Below, piece by piece: positions 20,416 to 30,077 of a DNA stretch of 64,000 bases; the stretch's first letter is position 1; each line of letters begins with the position of its first letter. The position numbers and the translations under genes are program-made. This DNA comes from an uncultured virus (IMG/VR IMGVR_UViG_3300020219_000001) (taxonomy: Duplodnaviria; Heunggongvirae; Uroviricota; Caudoviricetes): IMG/VR virus record IMGVR_UViG_3300020219_000001; one strand, written 5' to 3'. A model generated the notes under the pieces. That model made no database searches, had not been told where the DNA came from, and worked only from the letters and a program-made list of their open reading frames with translations.

Positions 20416-21354
20416 TGAGTAACTACCGTCTTCAGAATCGTTACCAAGACTCCGGCTGGGAAGACATCCCCGGCGGGATGAGTCGAAACGTCGCCGTCGA
20501 TAGGGCGTGGGAGATGGCAAAGGATTCCATCTGCAACGGAATGGTGCGGGTGATTAGCGAGGACGGTAAGGAAGTCTTCACGACGTATGTCGCTGGTGCC
20601 AACGACGGGAAGAAGGGCAAGAACCTGGACCAGTACATCGCAGACCGGACGCGAGCACAAGAACTTGACAGCAAAGAGTTCCGAGCGGCGCTGAAGGACG
20701 CTTCGATGCGAGTGTCGATGTGGCCGGACTGGAAGAAGAAAGCGATGGGCATCCCACTCGGGCCGCACATCAGTCCAAACGGAGCGAAGGAAGGTTCCTA
20801 CGCTCATCGTGCCGAGGCGAAGTGCCTCGACAACGGTTTAACAATTCCTTTGAAGGCTAAGCACCCCCTCATGTACCAGGGAATGCTTGACCAGTTTGGA
20901 GAGTAGATGCGTACTCGCATGTGCCCCTGTCTAGTCGTCTTCTTGGCGATCGCGGCCGTCGCCGGAGCTTCACTCCTCGTCGCCTTCTGTGTGTCGGCAG
21001 CGGGAGTGTGGCAATGAAGTTCAACGAGCATCTCCGAGGATTAGGGGCAACCCTGATCCTCGTGCTGTACGGGGGCGTCTCAGCCCTCATCGTCAAGTTC
21101 CTCATCGACTTGATTTGCCGATGAGTGGCTGCAACCCGTGCGAGCAGACTGGCTTCCTGAATCTAGGACAGATTCCGGAAGACCAGATGCCTGGTGAGGA
21201 TGACGACTTCCACGAGTTCATCCTGATGTGGATCGCCGCCCATGACGCTCACGACGTTCAAGTCTGTGATTGCTGCGGCGACGGTGAAGGTTGGTATGAC
21301 GAACCGGGGCAGCATAGCTATCGGTCCGATATTCCGTTTCCGGAGTGCCACTAA
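20415..21354 (+). other. Cluster of small hypothetical ORFs (20415-20906, about 21014-21124, and 21121-21354 with CxxC motifs)
   Basis: Coupled starts and stops; the last ORF has CNPCEQTG...CDCCGDGEG. Confidence 0.5.
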
Positions 21355-22118
21355 TGAAGAAGCACCGTCTGATTAACTACGACAGCATTGAGTGGTTGAA
21401 ATCTCATCCAGGTGAGAAGATCGACTGCATCTTTGCTGACCCGCCCGATGGCATCGGCCTAGGGTACAACGAGTTCAACGACAAGACTTCTGATGCTGAG
21501 TACCGCTCGTTCTTGGTCGAACTGCTGATCGTATGCACGTTGCGTGCGCCGATCGTGTGGTTCTCGTTTAACGCACGGTGGACAATCCCCTTCGGGGCGA
21601 TCGTTGACACCTTCGTTAAGCACAACCCCGAGTGGGAAGCCAAGCCCTGCGTCCAGGTGTTCACCTTCGGGCAGCATCGCAGCACGGACCTTGGTAACAA
21701 CCACCGTCCGCTGTGGCGGCTGAAGCGAAAGGATGCCCCGCTGTACCCGGACCAGATCAAGGTCCCCTCCTGGCGGCAGCGGAACGGCGACAAGCGGGCC
21801 GCGGCCGGCGGCCGGGTCCCCGGGGACGTGTTCGACATGCAGTACCCCGAGCCTGGTGATGTCTTCGACTTCCCCCGGGTAACCGGGAACTCGAAGCAGC
21901 GGTGCGATTGGCACCCAACCCAGTTGCATGAGGAACTGGTTATGCGGGCTGTAATGCTTTCAACGAAGGAAGGGGATCACGTCCTCGACCCATTCGGTGG
22001 GACCGGCACAACCCTCAGAGTGTGCAAGCAGATCGGTCGCCGCTGCACCCTGGTGGAGATGGACGCGACCTATTGCGAGAGAATCCGGGAACAAAACCCG
22101 GAAGTCGCTGAACAGTAA
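21354..22118 (+). CDS. Beta-class N6-A/N4-C DNA methyltransferase
   Basis: FADPP(D) catalytic motif precedes HPTQ and VLDPFGGTGTT. Confidence 0.88.
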   Translation: MKKHRLINYDSIEWLKSHPGEKIDCIFADPPDGIGLGYNEFNDKTSDAEYRSFLVELLIVCTLRAPIVWFSFNARWTIPFGAIVDTFVKHNPEWEAKPCVQVFTFGQHRSTDLGNNHRPLWRLKRKDAPLYPDQIKVPSWRQRNGDKRAAAGGRVPGDVFDMQYPEPGDVFDFPRVTGNSKQRCDWHPTQLHEELVMRAVMLSTKEGDHVLDPFGGTGTTLRVCKQIGRRCTLVEMDATYCERIREQNPEVAEQ

Positions 22119-22134
22119 CTACCCAAGTGTGTAA
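22109..22134 (+). promoter_or_regulatory. Class II promoter TGAACA-N14-GTGTAA
   Basis: Spans the MTase stop codon; RBS AAGGA and the ATG at 22154 follow. Confidence 0.75.
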
Positions 22135-22153
22135 CAAGAGTAAAGGAAGTTGA

Positions 22154-22399
22154 ATGAGCAGTGAGAAGTTTGCGGCGGACTACCTCGGTAAGGAGATCAA
22201 GGTTGGCAGCACGGTTGTGTACCCGGTGCGTCAAGGTTCCAGCATGTGGCTTAACAAGGGTGTCGTGACTCAGGTCGTACCGGTGGCGGAAGACTTCCGC
22301 ATCGTCGTGTACGACCCGGATTCGCACACCCGACGTGGCCACAGCGTGAAGAACCTCCACACCTGTGTGGTGGTCGCCGAACCGGAGGAAAGCAAGTAA
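22154..22399 (+). CDS. Hypothetical SH3/KOW-like small protein
   Basis: D.LG.EIKVG..V.Y start typical of small phage beta-barrel proteins. Confidence 0.6.
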   Translation: MSSEKFAADYLGKEIKVGSTVVYPVRQGSSMWLNKGVVTQVVPVAEDFRIVVYDPDSHTRRGHSVKNLHTCVVVAEPEESK

Positions 22400-22593
22400 T
22401 GCCGCTGTACGACATGGAGTGCCAGGAGTGCAAGCACAAGTACGAAGTGTTTGCCTCCATGCAGGACGGGCCGGACAAGAAGTGTCCGGCCTGCGGTAAG
22501 AAGAAGGCCAAGCAGGTCTTCGAGAAGCCCCCTGCTTACCACGGCACCTACAGCCCGATGCACCCAAGAGCAAACCGAGGACGTGGGCACTAA
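22399..22593 (+). CDS. FmdB-family zinc-ribbon protein
   Basis: MPLYDMECQECKH...CPACG. Confidence 0.85.
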   Translation: MPLYDMECQECKHKYEVFASMQDGPDKKCPACGKKKAKQVFEKPPAYHGTYSPMHPRANRGRGH

Positions 22594-23264
22594 TGGAGTT
22601 CACTCCGAAGCGAGTCAAAGGAAGAACCAAGTCGGAGTACCGCGAGTGGTACTCCGACTGCGGTCAATACCGAGTCTCCTGGTCGGTGATCTCAGGAGTC
22701 TATCAAGCCTGTGTTAAGACGCAACGACATGACGGGACCTCGTGGTGGAACTTCGCGTACCGCCGCGGCCCCTACAAGACACGCAAGGCGGCGTCGGAAG
22801 CCTGCGAAGACAACCGGAAGCTCTGGGATGCGTTCATCCAGCTTAGCCATTCGGACGGACGGAGAGACGGGCGGCTCGACACTCTGGTGGCGAGAGCACC
22901 GAACCTCTTTAAGTCGGTACCTGTATGGGTGCTGCCAGAAGCGGACCCATCGTTAGTGAGGATGTTGAATTGCGACTTACATGTAAACCGCAGCGACCTT
23001 ATCGCAACATCCTTGACTTCCGAGAGCGACGAAGCCGACGAGATCGTCTCGCCGGAGACTGGCCCTGTGTCACTTGTGACGGAAGTGGAAGGATCGTCGA
23101 TCCAAACTACGAACCCTGTTACGAAAGCCGTACCGAGTACGTCCGATGCAAAGCCTGTGAAGGCACCGGCAAGGGCACGGAAAAAGCCTGCCGCGAAAAG
23201 TACCGCGCGGAAATCGCCAGGTGGCGTGAAGAAGTCAAAGCCTGGGAAGGGAAAGAAGCGCTGA
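22593..23264 (+). CDS. Hypothetical protein with Lys/Ala-rich tail
   Basis: TAATG-coupled; the tail overlaps the next ORF in another frame. Confidence 0.55.
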   Translation: MEFTPKRVKGRTKSEYREWYSDCGQYRVSWSVISGVYQACVKTQRHDGTSWWNFAYRRGPYKTRKAASEACEDNRKLWDAFIQLSHSDGRRDGRLDTLVARAPNLFKSVPVWVLPEADPSLVRMLNCDLHVNRSDLIATSLTSESDEADEIVSPETGPVSLVTEVEGSSIQTTNPVTKAVPSTSDAKPVKAPARARKKPAAKSTARKSPGGVKKSKPGKGKKR

Positions 23265-23320
23265 TTAAGAGCGGGCTGGCAAAGCTGACACCGGAAGAAC
23301 AACGAGCACTGGGGTTATGA
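22970..23320 (+). CDS. DnaJ-type zinc-finger (CxxCxGxG) protein
   Basis: CVTCDGSG...CKACEGTG; GAGGA RBS before the TTG at 22970; stop overlaps the next ATG. Confidence 0.65.
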   Translation: MRLTCKPQRPYRNILDFRERRSRRDRLAGDWPCVTCDGSGRIVDPNYEPCYESRTEYVRCKACEGTGKGTEKACREKYRAEIARWREEVKAWEGKEALIKSGLAKLTPEEQRALGL

Positions 23321-24135
23321 AGAAACAAGCGATTGCGATTCTGAAGAAGCACCAAGCGGCGATGCAAGATCGCTTCTGTAGCGTGGTGATTTCTTTGGAG
23401 GAAACTCTGGCATTGGAGGCGGTGGGGGAAGACTCGTACACCAACGAGATGTACGAACTCGCCGAGAAGCTCCGGGGACTGGCGGTGGCGATCAGCCTTC
23501 TACCGGAGGACCAGCCCGAACCGAGTCCCGAACCTGTCTCGATCGCCAGCGTGGTAATGGTCACGTCCTCGCCACAGATGACGATGGGTGACTTCCTGGC
23601 TAACTACCAGGTTGGCTCCTTAGAAGGATCGGCCACGGCGTTGTCCCATGTACTCGGCATCTCCTTCCAGCGTGCAGTCGGCTGCGTCAACCACTTTCAC
23701 AAGCGGTGGACGAGCGACCCTGACACGCTGGCCAAGGTGATGTCGCTGCCGCAAGAGTTACACACGAGCAACAACGGTACGATCCTACTGCTTCACGAAC
23801 TGTTCGGCTTGAGCGGTATGGAAGCGATCACTGCCATCAACATCCTGAGGAGCTAAATGATTTTTCTGATTGCTTACGCCTTGGAGATCATCACTCTCCT
23901 GTTCGTCGTCGTCCTGTGCTTCTTGATCTTTCGGTACCTCATCCGCAGCCGAGGATTCGCCCGCTTCGTGGCGAACACCAAGGACCCGGGGCGAGCGGCC
24001 GATCTCGAAGCCGATCTGAATGAAGTCCGCGGTGCCATCGGCTATCGCCTTCGCGAAGGCGAAAGCGAAGGAGAGGCGCTGCAACGTGAACACGCCAACT
24101 TACTCAAAGCACTTCGCACCCCTGGAAACAACTGA
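23317..24135 (+). CDS. Two hypothetical proteins (23317-23856; membrane protein 23857-24135)
   Basis: Coupled ORFs; the second has an N-terminal TM helix. Confidence 0.55.
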
Positions 24136-25466
24136 TGAACCTGAAAGTCGTCTTCGCTCTCATCACCACGGCTGTCCTCCTGCTGGTCAGCACCATCTCG
24201 TTCTTCTCGGCTGTTGGCCACAACAACGATCAGAACTGGCAAATCCTCCAATCGGTCGGCGGTGAAGTCACCGTGATCGACACGGCCGGCTACTACTGGA
24301 AGGGCTTCGGCACCGTCTGGACGTACCCGCGGACGATGGAAGCGTTCTACTCGAACCATCCTGAGGAGAACGACGGCCGTGACCAGTCGGTTAGCGTGAC
24401 GTTCAACGACGGCGGCAACGCCAAGGTGAGCGCCTACGCGCGTGTGGAGTTGCCGACGACGGTGGAGAAACGCCGGCTATTGCACCGAGACTTCCAAGGC
24501 AATCCAGCGAACATCAAGGCCGCCATCCGCGCCCACTTGGTGAACGCCGTGAAGGCCAGCGGACCGGTGATGAGTGCCAGCGAGAACCAGAGTAGTCGCA
24601 AGGCCGAGTTCAACCAGACGGTTGAGGAGCAACTCGCGAAAGGTCTGTTCAAGATGCGTCGGACGGAGATCGAACTTTCCGACCTGACGGAGATCGAAGA
24701 GATCGGCATTGACGCCCAGGGTAACAAGATCACCCGCGAGAAGAAGGCCAAGGTTCAAGCGACGGAGATCGTCCAGGGTCCGGACGCCCAGCCGATTGTC
24801 ATCCAAGTCTCGCCGCTGTTGCACTATGGTCTCGGCATCCTCCAGTTTTCGATCACCGACACTGAGTACGACGAGCAGACGCTCAAGCAGTTCAGTGCCA
24901 AGAAGGAGAGCTACCTGAACGCCGAGAAGTCGAAAGCTCAGCGGCAGGAAGAAGTCCAGCAACGCTTGATGGTCGAGGAAATGGGTCGCCGGCAGATCGC
25001 CGAGATTCAGGCCGTCGAGAACCAGAAGAAAGAGAAGGCCGTCATCGGTGCCCAGCAGGCTGCCGAGGTCGCCAAGATCGACAAGGATCGAGCGGTGACC
25101 GAGGGTGAACGCAAGGTACTCGTGGCCAAGCAGTCGAAGCTCGAAGCCCAGACGGTCCAAGAGACGGCGAAGATCGAAGCCGAGACCGCCGAGCTTCGCA
25201 AGCAGGCGACCATCTCCGCGGCTGAAGCCCAGCAGAAGGCGATCGAACTCGGCGGTGGCATCTCGGAAGAGAAGCGAGTCCTGGCTGAGATCGGTGCCAA
25301 GCGTGACCAGATGGTGGCTGAGGCCCTCGCGAAGATCGGTGTGCCCAGCACGCTCATCATCGGTGGCGGCGAGAAGGGCGGGACTCTCACGGAGAACCTG
25401 CTCAACATCGCCTTGCTGAAGAGCACGGGTGTCCTGAAGGACCCGGCCCCGACGGTGGCGAAGTGA
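24135..25466 (+). CDS. SPFH/band-7 (flotillin-like) membrane protein
   Basis: N-terminal TM segment, V.FNDGG.A and a long AE/KA-rich coiled coil. Confidence 0.75.
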   Translation: MNLKVVFALITTAVLLLVSTISFFSAVGHNNDQNWQILQSVGGEVTVIDTAGYYWKGFGTVWTYPRTMEAFYSNHPEENDGRDQSVSVTFNDGGNAKVSAYARVELPTTVEKRRLLHRDFQGNPANIKAAIRAHLVNAVKASGPVMSASENQSSRKAEFNQTVEEQLAKGLFKMRRTEIELSDLTEIEEIGIDAQGNKITREKKAKVQATEIVQGPDAQPIVIQVSPLLHYGLGILQFSITDTEYDEQTLKQFSAKKESYLNAEKSKAQRQEEVQQRLMVEEMGRRQIAEIQAVENQKKEKAVIGAQQAAEVAKIDKDRAVTEGERKVLVAKQSKLEAQTVQETAKIEAETAELRKQATISAAEAQQKAIELGGGISEEKRVLAEIGAKRDQMVAEALAKIGVPSTLIIGGGEKGGTLTENLLNIALLKSTGVLKDPAPTVAK

Positions 25467-25714
25467 TCTATATCGTCCTCCTGTTCTGGGCGACCGTCAT
25501 TGGGACGGTCGCCTGGCGGTACCGCAAGACGATGTTCATCAAAGCCATCGTCCAAGTCTACCAGTCAGTGTGGGCGGGCGAAGACCAGACGGACCTGCCT
25601 TACGGTGACAGTGTGGCTAGTGCTGGTGTCGCTGTGGCAGTCACCTCGCTGGCCATCATGTTGATCCTCACTATCGCATCGTTCATCTGGTCCATCATCT
25701 GGGCCTTGAACTAA
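25463..25714 (+). CDS. Small two-TM membrane protein
   Basis: Two hydrophobic segments; coupled to the SPFH gene. Confidence 0.55.
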   Translation: MIYIVLLFWATVIGTVAWRYRKTMFIKAIVQVYQSVWAGEDQTDLPYGDSVASAGVAVAVTSLAIMLILTIASFIWSIIWALN

Positions 25715-25719
25715 CACGG

Positions 25720-25788
25720 TGCAGATGGGCGTGGCGCTCGGCCGGGTCTCATAAGCCTGGATCAGAGGTTCGACTCCTCTATCTGCCA
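25720..25788 (+). tRNA. Atypical tRNA with CAU anticodon (Met/fMet-like)
   Basis: Acceptor GCAGAT/ATCTGC with 1:72 mismatch; loop CTCATAA; T arm AGAGG-TTCGACT-CCTCT; short D region; no encoded CCA. Confidence 0.7.
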
Positions 25789-25819
25789 TTTTCTGTTTCC
25801 CCGTCCTGGAGTTCTTTAC

Positions 25820-26026
25820 ATGAAGTCGTTCCTGTTCGCCATGATTGCCTGTGTGCTGATTCACTCCGTGTCCTTCGCCGGCTGCCCGGGTGGCATCTGT
25901 CCGGTCCCGGAAGCACCGCTGCGTTCCACGCTTCGCTCGACCGTGAGCGCCGGCCAGAACACGGTCAAGAAGGTCCTGCCCGGCCGTCGTCCGGCCCGCA
26001 CGTTGTTCCGCAGCCTGTTCCGTTAA
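25820..26026 (+). CDS. Small secreted peptide with CPGGIC motif
   Basis: GGAG RBS, signal-peptide-like N-terminus and Arg-rich tail. Confidence 0.55.
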   Translation: MKSFLFAMIACVLIHSVSFAGCPGGICPVPEAPLRSTLRSTVSAGQNTVKKVLPGRRPARTLFRSLFR

Positions 26027-26034
26027 TCGAGAGT

Positions 26035-26066
26035 CAGCCCACCGTCGAAAGGCGGTGGGCTGTTTT
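26035..26066 (+). terminator. Intrinsic terminator
   Basis: CAGCCCACCGTC-GAAA-GGCGGTGGGCTG followed by TTTT. Confidence 0.8.
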
Positions 26067-26299
26067 CATATGATCCTCTGGAGAATGAAGATGTCGGAAG
26101 AATTGGAGTCGGAGGTTGATAACCTCCGCGCGAACATCGACGATCTGGAATCGGACCTCGACTTCGCCAATGCGACGATCGACAAACGGAATGAGAGGAT
26201 CGACGAGTTGGTAGAAGAGCTTTCGACGGAGCGAGCGAAGAACGAAGAACTGCGAGATGCCTTGAAGACCATCAAGGACATCGCTCAGGATGCGATCTA

Positions 26300-26926
26300 G
26301 TGCTTAGCTACTCGCACCCGGCGACCAGGCAGGACTTGTGGGTCCTCGACCGCACGACGCAGAAGCGCGACGGCTTCTACATCGAAGTCGGTGCTCACGA
26401 TGGCGTCCATCACTCGAACACGAAGATGCTGGAAGACCAGCTTGACTGGACCGGTATCCTGATCGAGCCGCAGTTCCACCTGTTCGAGCAATTGCAGCAG
26501 AACCGTCCGAACAACCGCTGCTGCGATTACGTGATTGGCCCAGACGCAGGCGTTGAGGAGTCATTCCTCGTTGGCAACTCCTACGGTGGCCTTGAAAGCT
26601 ACATGCCTGCCGATTGGTTGGCAGAGCATCGCCGCCGTGGCACTCCGATGGTGACTCGATCGACGACGCATCTGGAGTACCTAATCAACCACGCCAAGAC
26701 GCCGGACGTGATCGACTACCTCAGTCTCGACACCGAAGGGTCCGAGTTCGCCATTCTGAAGTCGATCCGTTGGTGGATTCTCAACCCTCGCATCAACATC
26801 ATTACCGTCGAGTTTCGCTACGACACCGTGTTGCTGGCCAAGCTCGAAGAGCTTCTCGCTCCGCTGTACAACCTCGAACACATCGAAGCGTTCGACGCAT
26901 TCTTTGTTAGGAAGGACTACCGATGA
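26300..26926 (+). CDS. FkbM-family SAM-dependent methyltransferase
   Basis: FYIEVGAHDG...SNT, WTGILIEP and IDYLSLDTEGSE. Confidence 0.9.
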   Translation: MLSYSHPATRQDLWVLDRTTQKRDGFYIEVGAHDGVHHSNTKMLEDQLDWTGILIEPQFHLFEQLQQNRPNNRCCDYVIGPDAGVEESFLVGNSYGGLESYMPADWLAEHRRRGTPMVTRSTTHLEYLINHAKTPDVIDYLSLDTEGSEFAILKSIRWWILNPRINIITVEFRYDTVLLAKLEELLAPLYNLEHIEAFDAFFVRKDYR

Positions 26927-27276
26927 AAATTGACGTTCCGTTTATCGCCGCGATTTGCCACGAGGCGAATCGTCAGTGCTGTCGAATGATCGGCGATCAC
27001 TCGCAGGTTCCTTGGGAACAAGCCGCAGCGTGGCAACGGCTAAGCGCCTGCAAGGGCGTCGAATACCGCCTAGCGAATCCTGACGCGACCCCTGAAGCCC
27101 AGCACGAAGCTTGGTGTGAGGACAAGTTCGCAGACGGCTGGTCGTATGGAGGTTTGAAGGACCCTTTGAAGAAGGAGCACCCCTGTCTCCGGCCGTACCA
27201 CGAATTGCCCGAGCATCAACAGTTCAAGGACACGTTGTTCGTCGCCGTCGTTGATTCACTGAAAGGTCTTTTGTAA
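26923..27276 (+). CDS. RyR-domain phage protein
   Basis: HEAW..K...GWSYG..KD..KKEHPCL.PY.ELPE...KD. Confidence 0.8.
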   Translation: MKIDVPFIAAICHEANRQCCRMIGDHSQVPWEQAAAWQRLSACKGVEYRLANPDATPEAQHEAWCEDKFADGWSYGGLKDPLKKEHPCLRPYHELPEHQQFKDTLFVAVVDSLKGLL

Positions 27277-27731
27277 TGCAAGCTGGAATCGCACCTGACG
27301 CGAGTCGCTCTGACGACCGCACCCTAGTGATGGAGTACAACCCGTGTAACGGCGGTTTGGAAATCTATCGTCGCACACCGTTGGACCACTACTCCTACAC
27401 GATGGAACGTATCTGTTTCGTCAAGGACAACTACCTGTCGCCGAGTTATGGAGTCTTCGCCAAGGTCAAGCAACTCGAATTCTACTCCGGCCGCACGGTT
27501 GAGCAATCGGATTACATGAAGGTCGAACGGTTTCATCTCCACGACACTCCAGTAGTGCGCAGCATCATCGAGCAGATCGACAACCTCCAATGCGGGAGGC
27601 TCTCTGACTCGTTCAACGAGACGCTCAAGGCGCTGAATGTGAACGACCAGGAACTCAAGGCGTTGGTTCCGCTGCCCAACGGCGACCTGTTCTTCTTGCC
27701 CGTCAAGCAGCTTCGCGTGGAGCCACGCTAG
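27276..27731 (+). CDS. Hypothetical protein
   Basis: Coupled on both sides. Confidence 0.55.
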   Translation: MQAGIAPDASRSDDRTLVMEYNPCNGGLEIYRRTPLDHYSYTMERICFVKDNYLSPSYGVFAKVKQLEFYSGRTVEQSDYMKVERFHLHDTPVVRSIIEQIDNLQCGRLSDSFNETLKALNVNDQELKALVPLPNGDLFFLPVKQLRVEPR

Positions 27732-28375
27732 TGAAAGTAGTAGCCATCTCCGATCTCCACGGCTACCTGCCGAAGATCGAACCGTGTGACCTCCTGCTAA
27801 TCGCCGGAGACATCTGCCCGTACCAGAATCATAACCTTCTGTTCCAGAAGATGTGGCTGAACACGACGTTCCGCGACTGGCTCGGCACGGTGCCTGCGAA
27901 GTACGTGGTGGCCATCCCGGGCAACCACGATCTGATCTTCGAGCAGAAGCCACACGAGGTTCCGACACTGCCCTGGTTCTGCTTGATCGACAACTGGGTC
28001 GAGGTGGATGGCGTCACGATCTACGGCATCCCTTGGCAGCGCCGCTTCTTCGACTGGGCCTTCAACCTGGACGAACCGGAACTCGACAAGAAGTACGAAG
28101 CCATCCCTGACTGCGACATCATCGTCTCCCACGGTCCGCCGTTTGGGTACGGTGACCAGGCACCTCGCGGCCGTGGCTTCGAGAACGTCGGCTCGAAGGT
28201 GTTCCTGCGGAAGATCGAAGAGATCAAGCCGTGGCTAGTGGTGTTCGGCCACATCCACGAAGGCGTTGGTGAGTGGATCATCAACGACGACAAGACCTTG
28301 CTCGCGAACGTCACGCACGTGAACGGCAAGTATGAACCGGTTCATCGCCCGCGGATGTGGGGAATGGGAGTTTAG
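27731..28375 (+). CDS. Metallophosphoesterase (MPPED/239FB-like)
   Basis: SDLHG, AGDI, GNHD, SHGPP and FGHIHE. Confidence 0.9.
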   Translation: MKVVAISDLHGYLPKIEPCDLLLIAGDICPYQNHNLLFQKMWLNTTFRDWLGTVPAKYVVAIPGNHDLIFEQKPHEVPTLPWFCLIDNWVEVDGVTIYGIPWQRRFFDWAFNLDEPELDKKYEAIPDCDIIVSHGPPFGYGDQAPRGRGFENVGSKVFLRKIEEIKPWLVVFGHIHEGVGEWIINDDKTLLANVTHVNGKYEPVHRPRMWGMGV

Positions 28376-29182
28376 ATGAAGACGCACTTTACCGCTGACC
28401 CGCACATCGCCCACGAGAACATTCTCGCGATCACGTTCCGGAAGTTCTCCTCGATCGAGGAGCACAACTACACGATGATCGAGAACATCAACAAGCAGGT
28501 GGCGAAGAACGATCGGCTCTACATCCTCGGCGACGTGGTGTGGGGAATGGAAGGATCGTGGATGGCCCAGATCAGGTGCAAGAACAAGCATCTGATCTAC
28601 GGCAACCACGACAAGGCCATGCTCGGCAAGTTCTTCGTCTCATGTTGTGAGACGGCCGAGATCAAGTTGGAGCTTCCGCCGCGATGGGCGACCGAGACCG
28701 AGAAGTCGGCTCGCGTCTACCTGAACCACTACGCCAATGCGTACTGGCCAGGTTCGCACCGTGGCAGCCTGCATCTCTATGGCCACACGCACGCACAACG
28801 TGAGGTGACGCTCTCGATGTGCTTCCCGGGCCGGCGGTCGATGGACGTGGGCGTGGATGCCGCGAAGATCACGCTCGGCGAGTACCGGCCGTTCACCGAC
28901 GACGAGGTCCTAGACCTCCTGCTCGCGCAGCCGGGGCACGACAACGTGGACTACTACAAGCGTCTCCAGGACGATCCGGAGTATGCGAAGTTCGTCTACG
29001 ACCAGTGGCCGTGGCCGAAGCACACGTCCGGCCGCACCCCGGACCTTGACCCAGTGGCCGCGGACGAGTTCTACAACACGCAACTCGGGGTGCCTTGGGA
29101 GCATCAGGAAAGGTCTGATTACGACCTTGAAAATATGCGTAAGGAGTTCCGCGAACGCCTGTATGGAAAAGCCGATGGATGA
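28376..29182 (+). CDS. Calcineurin-like phosphoesterase
   Basis: ADPH..H, LGDV, GNHD, LYGHTH and DVGVD. Confidence 0.88.
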   Translation: MKTHFTADPHIAHENILAITFRKFSSIEEHNYTMIENINKQVAKNDRLYILGDVVWGMEGSWMAQIRCKNKHLIYGNHDKAMLGKFFVSCCETAEIKLELPPRWATETEKSARVYLNHYANAYWPGSHRGSLHLYGHTHAQREVTLSMCFPGRRSMDVGVDAAKITLGEYRPFTDDEVLDLLLAQPGHDNVDYYKRLQDDPEYAKFVYDQWPWPKHTSGRTPDLDPVAADEFYNTQLGVPWEHQERSDYDLENMRKEFRERLYGKADG

Positions 29183-29933
29183 GCTTCAGCTTGAACCCGG
29201 CTGGCTTGAGAGGGAGATCAAGCGGACGAACGACTACGTGAACAACACAACACTCCGAGAAGTATTCGATATGAACCCACCCGCACACAAAGAACGCCAG
29301 CCCTACGTCTCGATCGACCTGGAGACGACTGGTCTTGATCCCGACAACTGCCAGATTCTTGAGATCGGGGCCGTGATCGACGACTGGCGCACGCCGCCGC
29401 ACGAGCTACCGGTCTTCCACGCCTTCTGCTGCCACCATCACATCTACGGTGAGCCGTATGCGTTGCAGATGAACCACAAGATCATCAAGAAGATCGCGGA
29501 CAAGAAGGACCCGAACGATCCGACCGCTTTGTTCCTCGACCCATACTGCATGATGCACCAGTTGGGGGAATTCCTTCTCCGGAACGGATTCACACAGGAT
29601 GGCAACAAGATCAAGGTCACCGCAGCCGGCAAGAACTTTGGCTCGTTCGACCTTCAGTTCCTCAGACGCCTCGGTTTCGATCGCGTTGAGTTCCGCCACC
29701 GGTTCATTGACGCTGGTGCGTTGTTCTATAACCCGGCGATCGACGACATGCCACCGAACACCGAGGAGTGTTTGAAGCGGGCCGGCATCCCGGTGAACCT
29801 CACTCACGAGGCGGTGCCGGATGCAATCGACGTGGTGAAGCTCATCCGCTACGTGGCCGCCGTCCGCGGTGAGTACGGGTCAATGGAGATTCGCCGGGAC
29901 TCGGCTGAAGTCGCCCCATTCCGAGGCTTCTAA
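29175..29933 (+). CDS. DEDDh 3'-5' exonuclease (DnaQ/oligoribonuclease-like)
   Basis: IDLETTGL...ILEIG, N..SFD and HEA..DA. Confidence 0.85.
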   Translation: MDELQLEPGWLEREIKRTNDYVNNTTLREVFDMNPPAHKERQPYVSIDLETTGLDPDNCQILEIGAVIDDWRTPPHELPVFHAFCCHHHIYGEPYALQMNHKIIKKIADKKDPNDPTALFLDPYCMMHQLGEFLLRNGFTQDGNKIKVTAAGKNFGSFDLQFLRRLGFDRVEFRHRFIDAGALFYNPAIDDMPPNTEECLKRAGIPVNLTHEAVPDAIDVVKLIRYVAAVRGEYGSMEIRRDSAEVAPFRGF

Positions 29934-30077
29934 TGCACGTGATCTTCTGCGAGCACTGCGGCGAGGTTCATACGAACACGCCGCAGATGCGAGACGGCGA
30001 AGGAATCGAGTGGTGTTGTTGGTGCATGTGCGCCAACAGCCAGATCACCGAGCAGCAGTTGGAAAGGATCGTGAGCG

